A DNA stretch of 58,098 nt, the filler included, from Sphacelaria rigidula (Eukaryota), in assembly GCA_964200075.2 (NCBI GenBank). It is 8 parts of 8 records of this genome, joined end to end, with 100 filler letters (N's around TTAATTAATTAA, not from the genome) between each part and the next. Parts side by side here need not be neighbours in the genome. Positions count along the whole stretch, not along the records: positions 1 to 7,176 come from CAXNAA020016127.1; positions 7,277 to 14,451 come from CAXNAA020016128.1; 6 more parts are not named here. The stretch is one strand, 5' to 3'. The notes under the pieces are model-generated. The model was not told the origin of the DNA. It saw nothing but the letters and a program-made list of their open reading frames with translations, and did no database searches. Shown here piece by piece: positions 1 through 12,043 of the stretch (positions are counted from its first letter, which is position 1; every line of letters begins with the position of its first letter). A program made the translations under genes and the position numbers.

Positions 1-1964
1 GTGGTCGGGTGGAGGGTGGGGGGGAGGGGGCGGTCCAAGGTGCGTGTGGGCGGGGGGGGGGGCGGGGGGGGGGGGGGGGGCGTACTCATTTGTTGCTTGC
101 CTTAGTCGTTTGACCATTGACCGCGCATCCCTTGTGAGACGGAGCAGGGGGAGGGGGAATAAGCAGATGTTGAATGATTACCGTACCATAGTGCATTTTT
201 CACGTGCGACATGACGATCTGGACAAACGCGAAGAAAAGGTGAGCATCAACATCAACATCAACTTGGTGTGCGAACTCTCAGTACAAAACCGGTATTATT
301 TGTGTACATGAGGTGTTTGTACCCCCTTCCCCCCACCTGCACCCCGGACCCCCGGCCCCTCCCCCCACCCCTCCACCAAGTGTGTTGTTTTTTGCGTCCA
401 TAAACGATAAAAAGGCGGACAACTTCAGCTGATGGATCGCAATAGTATTAGTTTCTGGCTTGTTGTTGCTGTTGGGGCAGTTGGTTGGTTGATTGATTGT
501 CGCACATTAGCTGATCCTCGAGAGATTCAGCCGTGGTCATTGTCCACAAGGTATACGTACCCAAAGTAAGCCGAACGGAAACACGCTAACTGATGACATA
601 TCGCTCTCCTAACCGGCATTTCACATGATTGAAATTAGGTTAGTGGGTGCTTGTGTAGTCATGCCAACGGCTTGTGATGTAGACTTTGGTGTGCATCCGG
701 GTTTCATGTGAAAGTTTTTTTTTTGTGTGTTAGCATTGCATCCGGAAAGCGCGGCAGTTATGTGCACGGTGTGTGGATTATCGCGTTATACTGTAGACAG
801 TATGACCGTGTGTTGTCCAATGTGTCAGCAGCATCATGTATTGTGAGTCATCGCACGGTATAGTGAAAAAGGTAAGAGCCACACGTTATTATGTATTGAT
901 ACTACAGCACAATCTACAGCACACAACATGACCCTACAGACAGTACAGTACGCGACAAGGCAATTTAGCGCAGTACACTACACTGATAATGATGATGATG
1001 ATTGATTTTGATTGTCGCACTTTAACTTACCAACCATGGGTCCAGCCGTGGTTGCATGATAGACGTACCCAGGAAAACAAAGGAGCAGAAATCACTACAG
1101 CAGTGTAGTATCGTACCGTATAGCCAATACAACACATCGTGTCACCCACAGTCAGTGTAGCACCAAGTTGTACGTATCTCAGCAATTCCGCGTGCACACC
1201 GCCGCTGTCACATGCACAGGTGGCACTAGACAGTGTCGTACTACAGCGGCCCCACACCACCACCATGCGCGCACCCGCCACAATCACCGATTACCGAATA
1301 CACTACAGTAGACCACACCATTCAACCGATGCTACAATGAAAATAATCCTGGTTCACATGGAAGCCTACCGCACAAACAAATGTTGCAGCGCAGGCCGTC
1401 AGCAAAAAGTCTCCGCATGTGACCCAACAACGAACGTCCGGAACGTACTTGACTGACCCATATAATAATAATCCATCGGAAGGGGTGGCGGGATATTGCA
1501 AGTCCCAGGCATTACTTAAACTGTTCGCGCTATGCTCTTGCTTTTAGTCAATGTATGCACATATACATACTCAAGGTTGTGCTTTGTAGGGTATACCCGA
1601 AAGTGTGGAATTTTTGGTTGGCATACTACTCGTAAACCATACCGAAATGTGTACCCAACATTGCGGTATGGTCCGACAGGGTATTTACCGATTAAATACC
1701 TCTTCTATATTAACGTAAATACCCCGTCAACAATTTCAGACGGTGTGCCCTATAGAAAAAAAACATTGTATATGCATATATATATATGCCACTGCGCCCC
1801 GGTGGTCGAAATTAAAATGAGACAAACCGGAACTCGCCAGAGTAGTGCAGAAGACTCAGGGTTTGATTTATCTTGTAGCGAGGGAGAGACGCAATGACCC
1901 CTCGAGACTGCGGATTTCTCAGAGGGAGGGAAAGGGAAGGGAAGGGAGGGGGTTGAAAAAATGG

Positions 1965-1965
<1 letters not shown>

Positions 1966-2000
<35 letters not shown>
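1966..2000. repeat. (GT)n microsatellite
   Basis: Pure GT dinucleotide run. Confidence 0.95.
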
Positions 2001-2002
<2 letters not shown>

Positions 2003-2166
2003 CTGTGAACATTCCATGTTACTCCTATTAACAAACCACAAAAATCTAACCACCGCCCGCGATGGCTGTGCCCCCCCCCCAAAAAAAAAACCCATAAGAC
2101 ACATGATGTAAAAAGAAGCCGCTTGCAAAATACAGAAACGCGACTGTTTGCAACAGGTGGTCTCAC

Positions 2167-2356
2167 GTGCAGGTTGACCATTGGTGGATGCAGGCTGCAA
2201 GCCGAGGGCGCCTTGACGGGAAACTGCACGTAGTTGCTGTGAACAAAGTGCGGAGCGTCGTCGGGGTCCGCTAGCCCATCATCTCGAGCAGGTGGCGCCG
2301 CTTCTACCGGGACGCGATCCCATATGACTCGCCCGCCCCTGCCGATCCGCCCTCGT
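2167..2356 (-). CDS. EPC1: Enhancer of polycomb-like protein, exon D (EPc-B motif); further 3' exons not located
   Basis: RGRIGRGGRVIWDR matches the EPc-B signature RxRxGRGGR...DR; gttag| acceptor, |gtgaga donor. Confidence 0.82.
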
Positions 2357-2661
2357 CTAACGGAAAAAATGTTGGTAGGTAGCATGGTTCGAATAAGGAA
2401 ACGGATGAAAGAGGGAAGGAGGTTTTAGAGCTACATTAGAGTACCCACTATAGTGTGGTCCCACTACAGTGCAGGATTCCCTCAGAAACGCTCGTAAAAA
2501 GTTCGCTCCGCTATGCTAAAATCAAGTAATTGCATTATACTAGTGTATTAATGGGGTCCCTGTATAGTGCGGCCGTGCCGAGCTGGCGACCACCACACCA
2601 TGCGGGGACCCCCACGGTGGTGCAATGTGCGACGAGTTGCGAGGAGGGGCCATTTTGAGTA

Positions 2662-3436
2662 CAGTGGGGGGGGCTCTCAGTAGTGCCGGTATGTGCCCAC
2701 CACGGACACTGGCACTACCCAGAGAGCCCGGCACTACTCTGAAAAGTGCCAAAACAGGTGCAATTGAGGGCTCTCAATACCTCAGTAGTGCCGCTTCTGG
2801 CACTACTGACGACCGTCCGTTCGTACAGTGCTACGCTTGCCCTTCGTGGGACCAGCGGAAGCACAAAACGGACGAGGACTTTTGTTTCAAGGGGTTTCGA
2901 TCGAAGATGGGATACGTCACGTAAGGTTTCTGGGTAGCAGAGCTAAACCCGATTTTTTTTTGTTTTTCACATTCAACTTGATTAATCCTGTTCACAGGTT
3001 GATCATTTCCTTCCCTACTAGCACAACAGCAGCAGTACGGCCACAAAAGTTGCTCATGCCGAGAGACCTTCCCGACAAGAAAAACAAGGAAACATCTCCA
3101 CCACAACGCAACTATGTCTGTGCGGCATCGGGTGTGGAAAAAAACTCACGAAAGGGTACACCGCCCACTGAAAGGAGCGAGCGAGAAAGAATGAACCACA
3201 CCCCTCTGCACTTCCTACCGGCTACCCCTACTGGTGCCACGTACCCTGCTGTACCCCTACTGGTGCTTGGTTGGTGGGGGGTAAGGCGTGCGTGAGTGTG
3301 TCCGAAATCGGCATTGTTGAGGGTACAAAACTGTTCAAACCGGCACTACTGCGAGCTCTGGTTGTGCCCGGAGAATTCACCAGCATTATATAGGTTGTTG
3401 GCACTATTCAACCGGCACTACTGAGAGCCCCCACTG
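2662..3436. mobile_element. Non-autonomous Tc1/mariner(pogo)-type MITE in EPC intron
   Basis: TIRs CAGTGGGGG(GG)GCTCTCAGTAGTGCCGGT / ACCGGCACTACTGAGAGCCCCCACTG, TA on both flanks, internal GGCACTACT repeats, no transposase ORF. Confidence 0.85.
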
Positions 3437-3614
3437 TAAATCAGTGCTGGTTGGTTGGTGGTTTGATCTTATCGATCGATGTTTGTACGTCATTAACGGA
3501 CAGTGGCGGGCCTGGAAAGACGAGTCTACCTCTGTGACCACGGGTTCGAGAGATGGGGCTGATGTGCGGAAATAATAATAATATCAAAAACAACAACAAC
3601 AACAAAGCACTCAC

Positions 3615-4222
3615 AGTCTGAATTTGTACATCGGTTCCACCCCAACCCCGCTCAACTCCCTCTTCCTCCCGCCGCCACTCCCATCCTTCCCTTTTCTCCA
3701 GTCTCCCCGCCCGGCCATCCCCGCCCTGCCCGCACCACCACCCCGCCTGACCCCTCTCCTACTCCCGGCGCGGACACAGTACACGGGAAGCGCGGGTTCC
3801 ACCACACTCCGTACAGGAATACTCGCGCGCGTCTTCAGCTCATCCATGAACGACGGCAAGATGGAAATATTGGACCCGGGGATGAGCCCGCCGACGGTCC
3901 CCGCGAGCGGGTCATCCCCTGCGCCGTCACCTCGCGCCTCGTCGCCTTCTGCTGCTTCCGCCGATGCACCGTCGGCCGCCGCCGCCGCTGCTGCGGCCGC
4001 CGCCGCCCGGCTGCTGCTGCCGCCACCGTCCCCCGAGGAGTCCCTGGAGCTTCCGGAGCGCCTGTCTTTTCGAGCATTTTTCTTTCGGGACGATCGCTCC
4101 CTGCCGCCAGCGGCTGTGGCGGTGCTGCTGCTGTTGGCGGCGGCTCCAGCACCAGCGGCGGCGGCGGCGGCCGCGCCTGTTGCGCTCTTGTTGCTAGAGC
4201 TATCTCGCGGACGCTCGAACGG
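3615..4222 (-). CDS. EPC1: Enhancer of polycomb-like protein, exon C (low-complexity Ala/Gly/Ser linker)
   Basis: GC-rich open frame PFERPRD...EPMYKFRL; tgcag| acceptor, CT|gtgagt donor (phase 2) that joins exon D to give YKFRLRGRIGRGGR. Confidence 0.8.
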
Positions 4223-5168
4223 CTGCACATTTGTTTGGGGGGTGTATAACGTGCAGTAAGTGCATTGAGGGTATGGAGGGTATGTAGTGTGTTGTCTTGA
4301 ACGTGGATGGAGGGGAGGGGGGTGGAGAACAATCTGAGGTTTACGGGAGCTTGACGGTGTGGATGAGAATACGTAGCGAAGTATGCGCAGAGGCTTCGGA
4401 GGCGGTGCTGTGCACGATTTTGCTGCGCATACTTTTTTTTCACGGTCCAAGTTTGGGCACGTTTCAAGCAAAACAGGAAAAAAATAAACACACACACGCA
4501 CGCACACACACACATTCATGTATGCGATGAGATAGATTGATTGCTCCGAAAATGAAATTCGCGCCGGTCACAAATATAGCAGAAGGGGAGGAAAGCAGCA
4601 GCAACTCCGACACGAACAAACATGGGAATCATCATGAACAGCAAAAGTGAAACCTCCCACGTCCATGACGAACATTTGAGATTGTTTCACCTTCGACCCA
4701 CACACCACACGTCAGAAATACTCCGAGTAGAATACAGATGACACTCAGCAGGTGGACAGGACAGGCCATTTCCATCGAATCATAGGTTACATAAAGCCGC
4801 TCCCGAGTTATCTAACCGGCAGAGTACACCAAAACACACCGAGGGCCGAAGGTTGCGCACGCAAATTCAGACTCACACGAGTTTTCAAGGCAAAAATTGG
4901 TCTTCCCCTCTCAGAGTCTAAGAACGTGGTGGTCGCAAAAAAAAGACTGGCTAGATTCGACTCGGCGCGGGAGTGTTGGTCATGCTCCAATCCACGACAC
5001 CCAAATGTCGGAGAGATGGATCGATCTCGTGAGACTAGGAACTCGCCCTGCGGAGAGGGCTATGTAGAGGAGTGATAAGGAGGGCTGTGTTGGGGAATCA
5101 CTTTTGTTTTCAGCAAATGATACATACTGATATGGAAGCAAGTAGCCCAGAACAAACATGATATTCCC

Positions 5169-5372
5169 AAGGGCAGGTCGGGTGAAGTTTACTCGATATA
5201 GCATTTTGGTAATTTAAAAAGAGATCCGACCTATGCCCACAGCAGCAACCAGTCCAGTCAATTTGTTCCCTTCTCTAAAGCCCATACGAGTCATTGTGAC
5301 TGACATAGGCAGATGATGTGCGACCTTTCAAAATACGAACAATATCGGGTATACCCTCCCCGACCTGCCCTT
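5169..5372. mobile_element. Small MITE with ~30-bp imperfect TIRs
   Basis: AAGGGCAGGTCGGG...CGATAT at 5169-5198 is inverted at 5342-5372. Confidence 0.6.
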
Positions 5373-5757
5373 TGAAGTTTCAAACAATGCTTTTGGTAAA
5401 AATTGCAAACCCTGGACAACTATATCACACTGTTGTCAAAAAGTGTACTAAATACGTTCAGTATCGACTTTGCATCTGATGGCAATAGGCAATAGATTCC
5501 ATACTGTACGCGGTACAATTTTTGACAGTGTGATCTTTTGTCCAGGGTGTGCAATATTTGCGACATGTATACAGTATATGTTTACCTATTATGTACGTAT
5601 TACGTATGTATGAAATATCTGACTGCATATTTAAGGGCCATAATCCGACGTCTGGATAATGACTTGACTGACTATAATACATGATGACATAATTCACTCA
5701 AAAAGGGTTCAAGACACACATGAGTAAGACACAAGACACACAAAAAAACGCCCGCAC

Positions 5758-6018
5758 CTGCGAAATCACAGGCGTCCCTCCCCCTCTCCCACTAGACGCG
5801 CCAACTGCCCCACCGGACGCCGATGCGGCAGCCGCCGCCGCCGCCGCAGGCTGCCGGGGCTTCGCCCTGTACGTGCCCGGCTTGATGTTGAGCGGCCGCG
5901 CCTCGCCGGTAGTGTCCGTCAAGTCCCAGTGCTGCTGCATGAAAATCTCTTGCTGGACTAGCAGCTGCTCTCTCTTCATCGCCTCGCGCTTCTGGATCAT
6001 TCTCGTGATGTTCAACAA
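5758..6018 (-). CDS. EPC1: Enhancer of polycomb-like protein, exon B
   Basis: LLNITRMIQKREAMKREQLLVQQEIF... continues the EPc-A helix (KRExxKRE); tgcag| acceptor, |gtgcgg donor, 261 nt in frame with exon A. Confidence 0.85.
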
Positions 6019-6428
6019 CTGCATACACACATACACATATATTATATGTGTGTGTTTATGTGTTTTTGAATGTGAACATCGTACAAACAGAAACAAAAGC
6101 CGTCGAACAAGAGAGGAAATGAAACGAAGGAAGGTTTTGTTTGGAATTAAAGGGCGCGCGCATGGGGAAGAGGGGCGTGCACGAGATTGTGGTTAGAACC
6201 CTACTTCGTTTTAGTACTCTTGGATCATCATCATAGCGCAGACACAGCCGGGCAAAGAAGGAAGTTTTTGGCTGTTTTTCTTCAATTTTCATCCCTCGCG
6301 TCACCCCGAGGTTACTCCCGGGTATGTGAGTCATGGCCCGAGACTCGAATGCTCGCATCTGCACGGAGGTTCCGCAGCTGTCAATCACCCCGAGAAACTC
6401 GAGCTAATGGTCCAGCTTACCGCGGCAA

Positions 6429-6549
6429 CAACTTGTGCTGGAGCACGACCGACAAGTTGCACTGGAGCATGACCGACAAGTTGTGCTGGAGCATGATCGA
6501 CAAGTTATACTGAAGCATGACCGACAGAGTTGTGCTGGAGCATGACCGA
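6429..6549. repeat. Intronic minisatellite, ~24-bp unit x5
   Basis: CAAGTTGTGCTGGAGCATGACCGA repeated with point variants, ~40 bp from the exon A donor. Confidence 0.9.
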
Positions 6550-6588
6550 CACACGTACACACGCACACACGCGGGTTCGCGTTCCCAC

Positions 6589-6693
6589 CTTCTCGAAATC
6601 TTTCTTGACTTGTTGTAGCTTGCGGAAACTATCCAGGTCGTTCTTCCGGTGCTTTCGTAGCTTGTATCGCTCCTTCTCCCGCGGCCGAAACAC
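6589..6693 (-). CDS. EPC1: Enhancer of polycomb-like protein (NuA4/TIP60 subunit), internal exon A; upstream exons lie outside this contig
   Basis: Translates VFRPREKERYKLRKHRKNDLDSFRKLQQVKKDFEK, matching the EPc-A motif FRxR...RKxRKND..S..KL..L; tag| acceptor and |gtggga donor, phase 0/0. Confidence 0.85.
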
Positions 6694-7176
6694 CTAGTAC
6701 ATAAAGGTGCAGACAGGAGCAGACACAGCGGGGACAAGACAACGGGGAGAAAAAAAAAGACGGCACGCATAGGAAAAAAAAAGCACACACACGCACACAC
6801 ATCAATGTGGGTTTTTATCATCCAGCACATCACAGTCGTGCGTGGTTGCCAAAGAAAGGATATACCGTCGCTGGTCAAATCACCAAATATGCGATTTCTG
6901 AGTAAGACGTTGACCCCGGGTGATAAGCGCCTCTACGTAAATTTTGCGCTATTTCACGTGCCTGGGGTGTAGGACTGAAAAAACTGAAAATATAGGCCAA
7001 AGAAAGATTTCACAGGCACCGTTGGTAAGGTAGGTACCCGGTACCGGTATTTGGGAGATCACATACCGTACCGATACCGGTCCAACCCGGTATATTCACA
7101 ACTTATACCTACAACACCTACGATACCAGGGTATTTCGATATTTCAATACCTACAGTACCCGCTCAATCCGGTATT

Positions 7177-7276
7177 NNNNNNNNNNNNNNNNNNNNNNNN
7201 NNNNNNNNNNNNNNNNNNNNTTAATTAATTAANNNNNNNNNNNNNNNNNNNNNNNNNNNNNNNNNNNNNNNNNNNN
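7177..7276. other. Artificial contig linker N44-TTAATTAATTAA-N44 (identical linkers at 14452, 21727, 29002, 36277, 43551, 50825)
   Basis: Same 100-nt spacer with a six-frame stop sequence occurs seven times; flanking contig lengths descend 7176 to 7174. Confidence 0.98.
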
Positions 7277-8400
7277 TTGGGCGCTCGCCCCGGCGGGATC
7301 CCGCGGGGAAGCTGGGCTTGGGGGGGCCGGAGCAGTCGGTGGGCGCCTCCAGGAGGGGGGGTAGGTAGATGTACGACGGAATACGTTTCTTCTTCGAGTA
7401 CCCTTACCTCAACTTACTTTGAGTTTTTGTTTGTGCTGGTTACTCGCCGAAACGTACCCGTAGCACAACTACAGCTGCAGATAATAGACGATCGATGCTG
7501 CTGTAGTATTTTCACTCCTTCATGATACTACGTACGCTGGAATTTAATTGTTGTAAAGTAGTTATTTTCACTACTAGTTCGATTTTTTCAGGGTTTTACA
7601 TAGCCATGCTACGAACAGCCGATCATCAAAACTGAGGATGGCGCTTGTCATTGATGATAACTCGAAAAATATATATGTTCTTATCCACACTGCGATTCTT
7701 CGTAATATGGTTGCATTCCTCCTCCAACTCGTAGCCATTGACAACTACTACACGCCGTACAAGTTTGAATCCGCTAAGTTCCCCAGCATTGTTTTTTCCC
7801 GTAAGACCCCAGGATTTCTGTTACAGGACTCCAAATTTGTATGACGTGTAGTAGTGGTCGATAATGGCTACCAGCAGGTGATCGAATGCAACTATATTCC
7901 AAGAATTGGTGTGAATACGAAGAGTTTAATTTTCCGGATTATCATCGTCAATGAAAAGCTGCATCACCACTTTCGATGATGCGTTGTTCACGGTGATGAG
8001 GGTTGCACATTTGGGCCCAGCAGATATTTCTCATTCGGGGGCCACTGCTACTAAACTAAGACGCTGCACAACAGGAATATTATGGGTCAGGATAAGGGTG
8101 CCCAAAACAAATCCCGGACCCTATGCCCCTTTTTTTAATCCTGAATTTTTCGCTGGGGGGGGGAGGGGTTACTAAATCTCATACATGGAAAAATGAAAGA
8201 ATAAAAATACATGAAAAATAAAAATTCGTGTCATTGAAGCTGTAATTCTTCGCACGACTTCGGAGCCAAGTAAGGATAAGTTATATTCATGGGTTTCGGC
8301 AATACGCTGTACATCGCCCTTTCGCGACAAGAACAAGACGAACCAAATACCACAACGCTCTGCAATGCATGAAAATCAAGCTAAACGATCTATCTGCACC

Positions 8401-9958
8401 CACACGCGGCCATTTGGCTACCCCCAAAATTCCTCCAGAGCGGTCAATTTTCCGAGCCTCTCGAAGATCTCAACGCCTCTAGAGCAATTGAACGCCTCTA
8501 GAGGTGTATTTTTTTGTTTACTCGAGAGGGATTAAACCGGGGCTCTCTACGTTACACATTACACGTACGTTACACGTCATAAACGTACGTCACAAGGGTG
8601 TGACACGTTACGTATGTTTCTCGAATACGTCACAAATGTGACGTTACGTAACGTACCGGTGAAAAAATGTGACCTGGCGTAACGTTCAATCTTTCAACAC
8701 GTCACAAATGTGACGTGACGAGACGTCTTTTTTTTCACGTCACGGTAACGTGTTTTAAAACGTTTCCTGTAACGTGTAACGTATTTTATGCGTTAAAAGT
8801 CACAATAAACCTTACACGTCACATTATCATACGTTTGTGACTTGTAACGTATTTTGAAACGTTACGTTTGTGACGTGCAACGTATTTTGGAACGTTATTG
8901 TGACGTGTAACGAATAATATACGTTACGTTTGTGATGTGTAATGTAAAATGAAACGTTACACTTCGACCGTGTTGATTGCAAATGAACGTTACGTACGAC
9001 GTTGTTAGGTTTCATGTTTCGCAACTTGGTACCGGAGGTTCACGATGGCTGCCTCTTTCGAGCATGAGGCACGTTCTCCTCGCTATGTTGACATGTAAGA
9101 ATACGTTTCAGCTAGTGTATCGCTCATGCGTCCCTGACTCACACGTTGCAATTTCATCCTGGGCCGCGCTCATTGTTACGTTACATGTCGCTCCCGCCCC
9201 GTCTGTGCCATCGAAGTTGGAAATTTGAAATTCGGGGATTCGAAACTCTTGCTTTCGGGTTCCGATATTCGCTTGTTTTATGTTTTATGGTTGGGCGTGG
9301 TGTGGCAGTGCATGCTGCCGTGGCGCTGAACTTGCGCTTACCTCGCGTGCGTATGATTATGACGTACTGTGTCCACACTCTTCTTGAATCCATGTATCAT
9401 ATCATGCGAGTATCACATATGCTAATCTCACACTGATTGTGGTACAAGTTGAGCGTGTGACGGTTGCGACGTTCATTCACACGTCACAAACGTACGATAA
9501 GGTGACGTGTGACGTTCATTGTGACGTGCGACGTTTATTACGACGTGTAACGTTTCAAATACTTTACACGTTACAGGAAACGTTTCAAATACGTTTAAAT
9601 TTTTCATACGTCATAAGTGTGACGTAACGCCATGTACCGCAAAATGTGACGTGACGTAACGTATAATTTTACATACGTCACAAATCATGACGTGACGTAA
9701 CGCATAAATTTTTATACGTAGCATTTGTGACGTAAAATGTAACGTGTAACGTATAGAGCTCTGGATTAAACGCCTCGGGGGCTTGTTTTCGCCTCCGGAG
9801 GGCCACGCATCGCTCCGGAGGCATTTTGATACCCCCAATTTTCATCGGAGGGGTGCGCGGCCCTCCAGAGCGGGATTAAAGACCTCCGGAGGCTTGTTTT
9901 GCCTCTGGAGGACCGCTCATCCTCCGCGTTCTCGGGGAGAGCCAAATGGCCGCGTGTG
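8401..9958. mobile_element. Non-autonomous DNA transposon with CAC termini (CMC/EnSpm-like), host of a nested hAT-like insertion
   Basis: 19-bp perfect TIR CACACGCGGCCATTTGGCT / AGCCAAATGGCCGCGTGTG, CC on both flanks, subterminal CGCCTCYRGAG-like repeats. Confidence 0.75.
8538..9763. mobile_element. Non-autonomous hAT-like element nested in 8401-9958
   Basis: TIR CGGGGCTCTCTACGTTACAC / GTGTAACGTATAGAGCTCTG, perfect 8-bp TSD GATTAAAC (8530-8537, 9764-9771), dense ACGT-core subterminal repeats. Confidence 0.85.
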
Positions 9959-10407
9959 CCGCCAATTTGCGTCCACTGTAATTCGCATCTTGTGGTGGCA
10001 GATGGGGCCAACAATCAGAGGCGCTACCTCACCTATGTAAGTCGCCCTAAAAGGGCTATTTATTGAGTGTTTCTTGATGTACAAAAAAAAAGTACGACCG
10101 CCGGAGGGGAGGGGGGGGGTGGAGTGGGGGGTACATGGGGTTTGGGATTATTGTTTTGGGCGCACCCTCTGTCAGGACATTCCCATGCGTTCAAAATTCA
10201 TTGGGGATACTTGAACAATTATTGTAATATGTGCCTACGACGGCCAGTGGAATGCTAATTGTGGCGTACTCTCACATATTTCATGCTGCGTCGTTTTTTG
10301 GGTGAAAAAAAGGGTTCCTGACTATGCAATCAAAACCTCAGAAAACCTGTGTGCACCCCTGCCGTAGCACCACTCTTGACGAAACGGGAAACTCACCGGA
10401 TATCCAC

Positions 10408-10679
10408 CATCGGGATAACGGGACGTAACAGACAGCAATGGCCCGTCCCATCCCATCCTAGCGTCCCGTCCGGTCATATTCTCAAATTTCCCGCCCCGTT
10501 CCACCATGTACGGGGCAACGAGAGAGTACCCGTCCCGCCTTATCGACTTGTCAGCGCTGAATTCCCTGGCCTATCCCATCCCGTCCCATTCGTCCCATCC
10601 AGACACATCATCACAATTTCCACTACCGGCAACGGATCACCTCGTCCCGTTCCGTCCCGTCGTCCGGTGAAAATCCCTG
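10408..10679. mobile_element. Probable MITE with CCCGTCCC subterminal repeats
   Basis: Multiple CCCGTCCC motifs, ends ...GAAAATCCCTG; left terminus degenerate. Confidence 0.45.
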
Positions 10680-10829
10680 TGTGCAAGGGTCTGTCAAAAA
10701 TATATTTCGGGACACGTAGGCCCCAAAATCGAAAACCGAGTTTTCGAAGGGGGGGGACACCCAGCCGTGTGTCCCCTGGTTTTTCGCCGAGGCGTTGGCG
10801 GATGTGGTCAGCTGCCGTAGACAGTTGAG

Positions 10830-11200
10830 ATCCTTATACATTATATATGATACATTATATGTCACATATTATACATCATACATTATATTTCATATACTAT
10901 ATTTAACATATTACATATCATATATTATGTTTCATATACTATATTTAATATATTATGTACCATATGATATAGGTTAATATTACAGGTCTATACTACACAT
11001 ATGCTTCTTTTCCTTGATATATATATACTATATTGTATATATTATATAATGTATATATATGAATATTCATCAAGGGGCAGCATATACTATATTATATAAT
11101 CATATATTAATATATAGAGAGAGAGATTCTACATAATATATAACATATGATACTTATATTATATATTATTGTATATTATAAATATGTAAGTAAATATGTA
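10830..11200. repeat. AT-rich low-complexity (TA/CATAT) tract inside a dispersed element
   Basis: Extreme AT content; flanks (10790-10825, 11200-11640) resemble 43755-43790 and 44050-44280. Confidence 0.8.
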
Positions 11201-12043
11201 AAGGAGCAGAAGCAAACATATATCCCGCAAAGCCCACCAAACTCTTCGGATTTTGTCAATGTTCATTGATTAATTTCTTGCAACAAAGTTAACAGAAAAA
11301 AATATAAAAAACAGGATAATTTCAATTGTCGGAAACTTGCCCTCCGGCATCTGAGGTCATCGGGACAGAAGAACGGGCAAGGAGCAGCAGAAGAAGTAGA
11401 TACACGAACCCCACAAAGCCCACCAGACTTTTCCGTTTTCATCAGCTTTTATTGATCAATATCTTGTAACAAAATTAACAGACATAATTAAAACAGTGTT
11501 TATTGATCAATTACTTGCGAGAAATTCGATTAAAAAAAATCTAAAATACCATCACAATTTTCGAAAAAATGCCCTCCGGGAGGGGGGGGGGGATAGCTAT
11601 GTGTCCGAGAATTTTCGCTAGACAGGCAGACCCTTGCTGTGTGTGATCTTTTACATACATACAGGTGATTTCTGCACATTTCAACAAATAGGATAATTTT
11701 CCACCTGAGAGTCGTGTGTTTGGTGTCCCCTCTCTCTAGCGTGGAAGGCAGTGCCGCAGGTAGCTCTCGCGTAGATGTACACCTGGAGAAGAAGGTTGAA
11801 GGTTGCATTTTCGCGTTGCATGTTGGATTCTGCTAGTTCCACAGACGGCTTGTTTCGTGACGATGTATCTACATCTTCAATCTAGTGGTCGCGGGTCTTA
11901 ATGTTCGGGATAATGTTCGGGATAATGTGAAGTCGACAGCACCAGCAGCCACGAAGGTAGCCTCCTCAGGGAATCAGCGACAGAGTAGCAGCAGTACCAC
12001 TCCCGTCCCCAGATACAGCAGTGCCTCCTGTCTTCAGGGCAGT

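Noticed and set aside
3624..4259. Plus-strand 211-aa Pro/Ala-rich ORF
   Set aside because: Antisense shadow of the GC-rich EPC exon C
6429..6549. CRISPR-like or coding repeat
   Set aside because: Head-to-tail 24-bp units with no spacers, inside an intron
7221..7232. Regularly spaced TTAATTAATTAA palindromes every ~7.27 kb as a biological periodic signal
   Set aside because: Always embedded in N runs; it is an assembly linker with stops in all six frames
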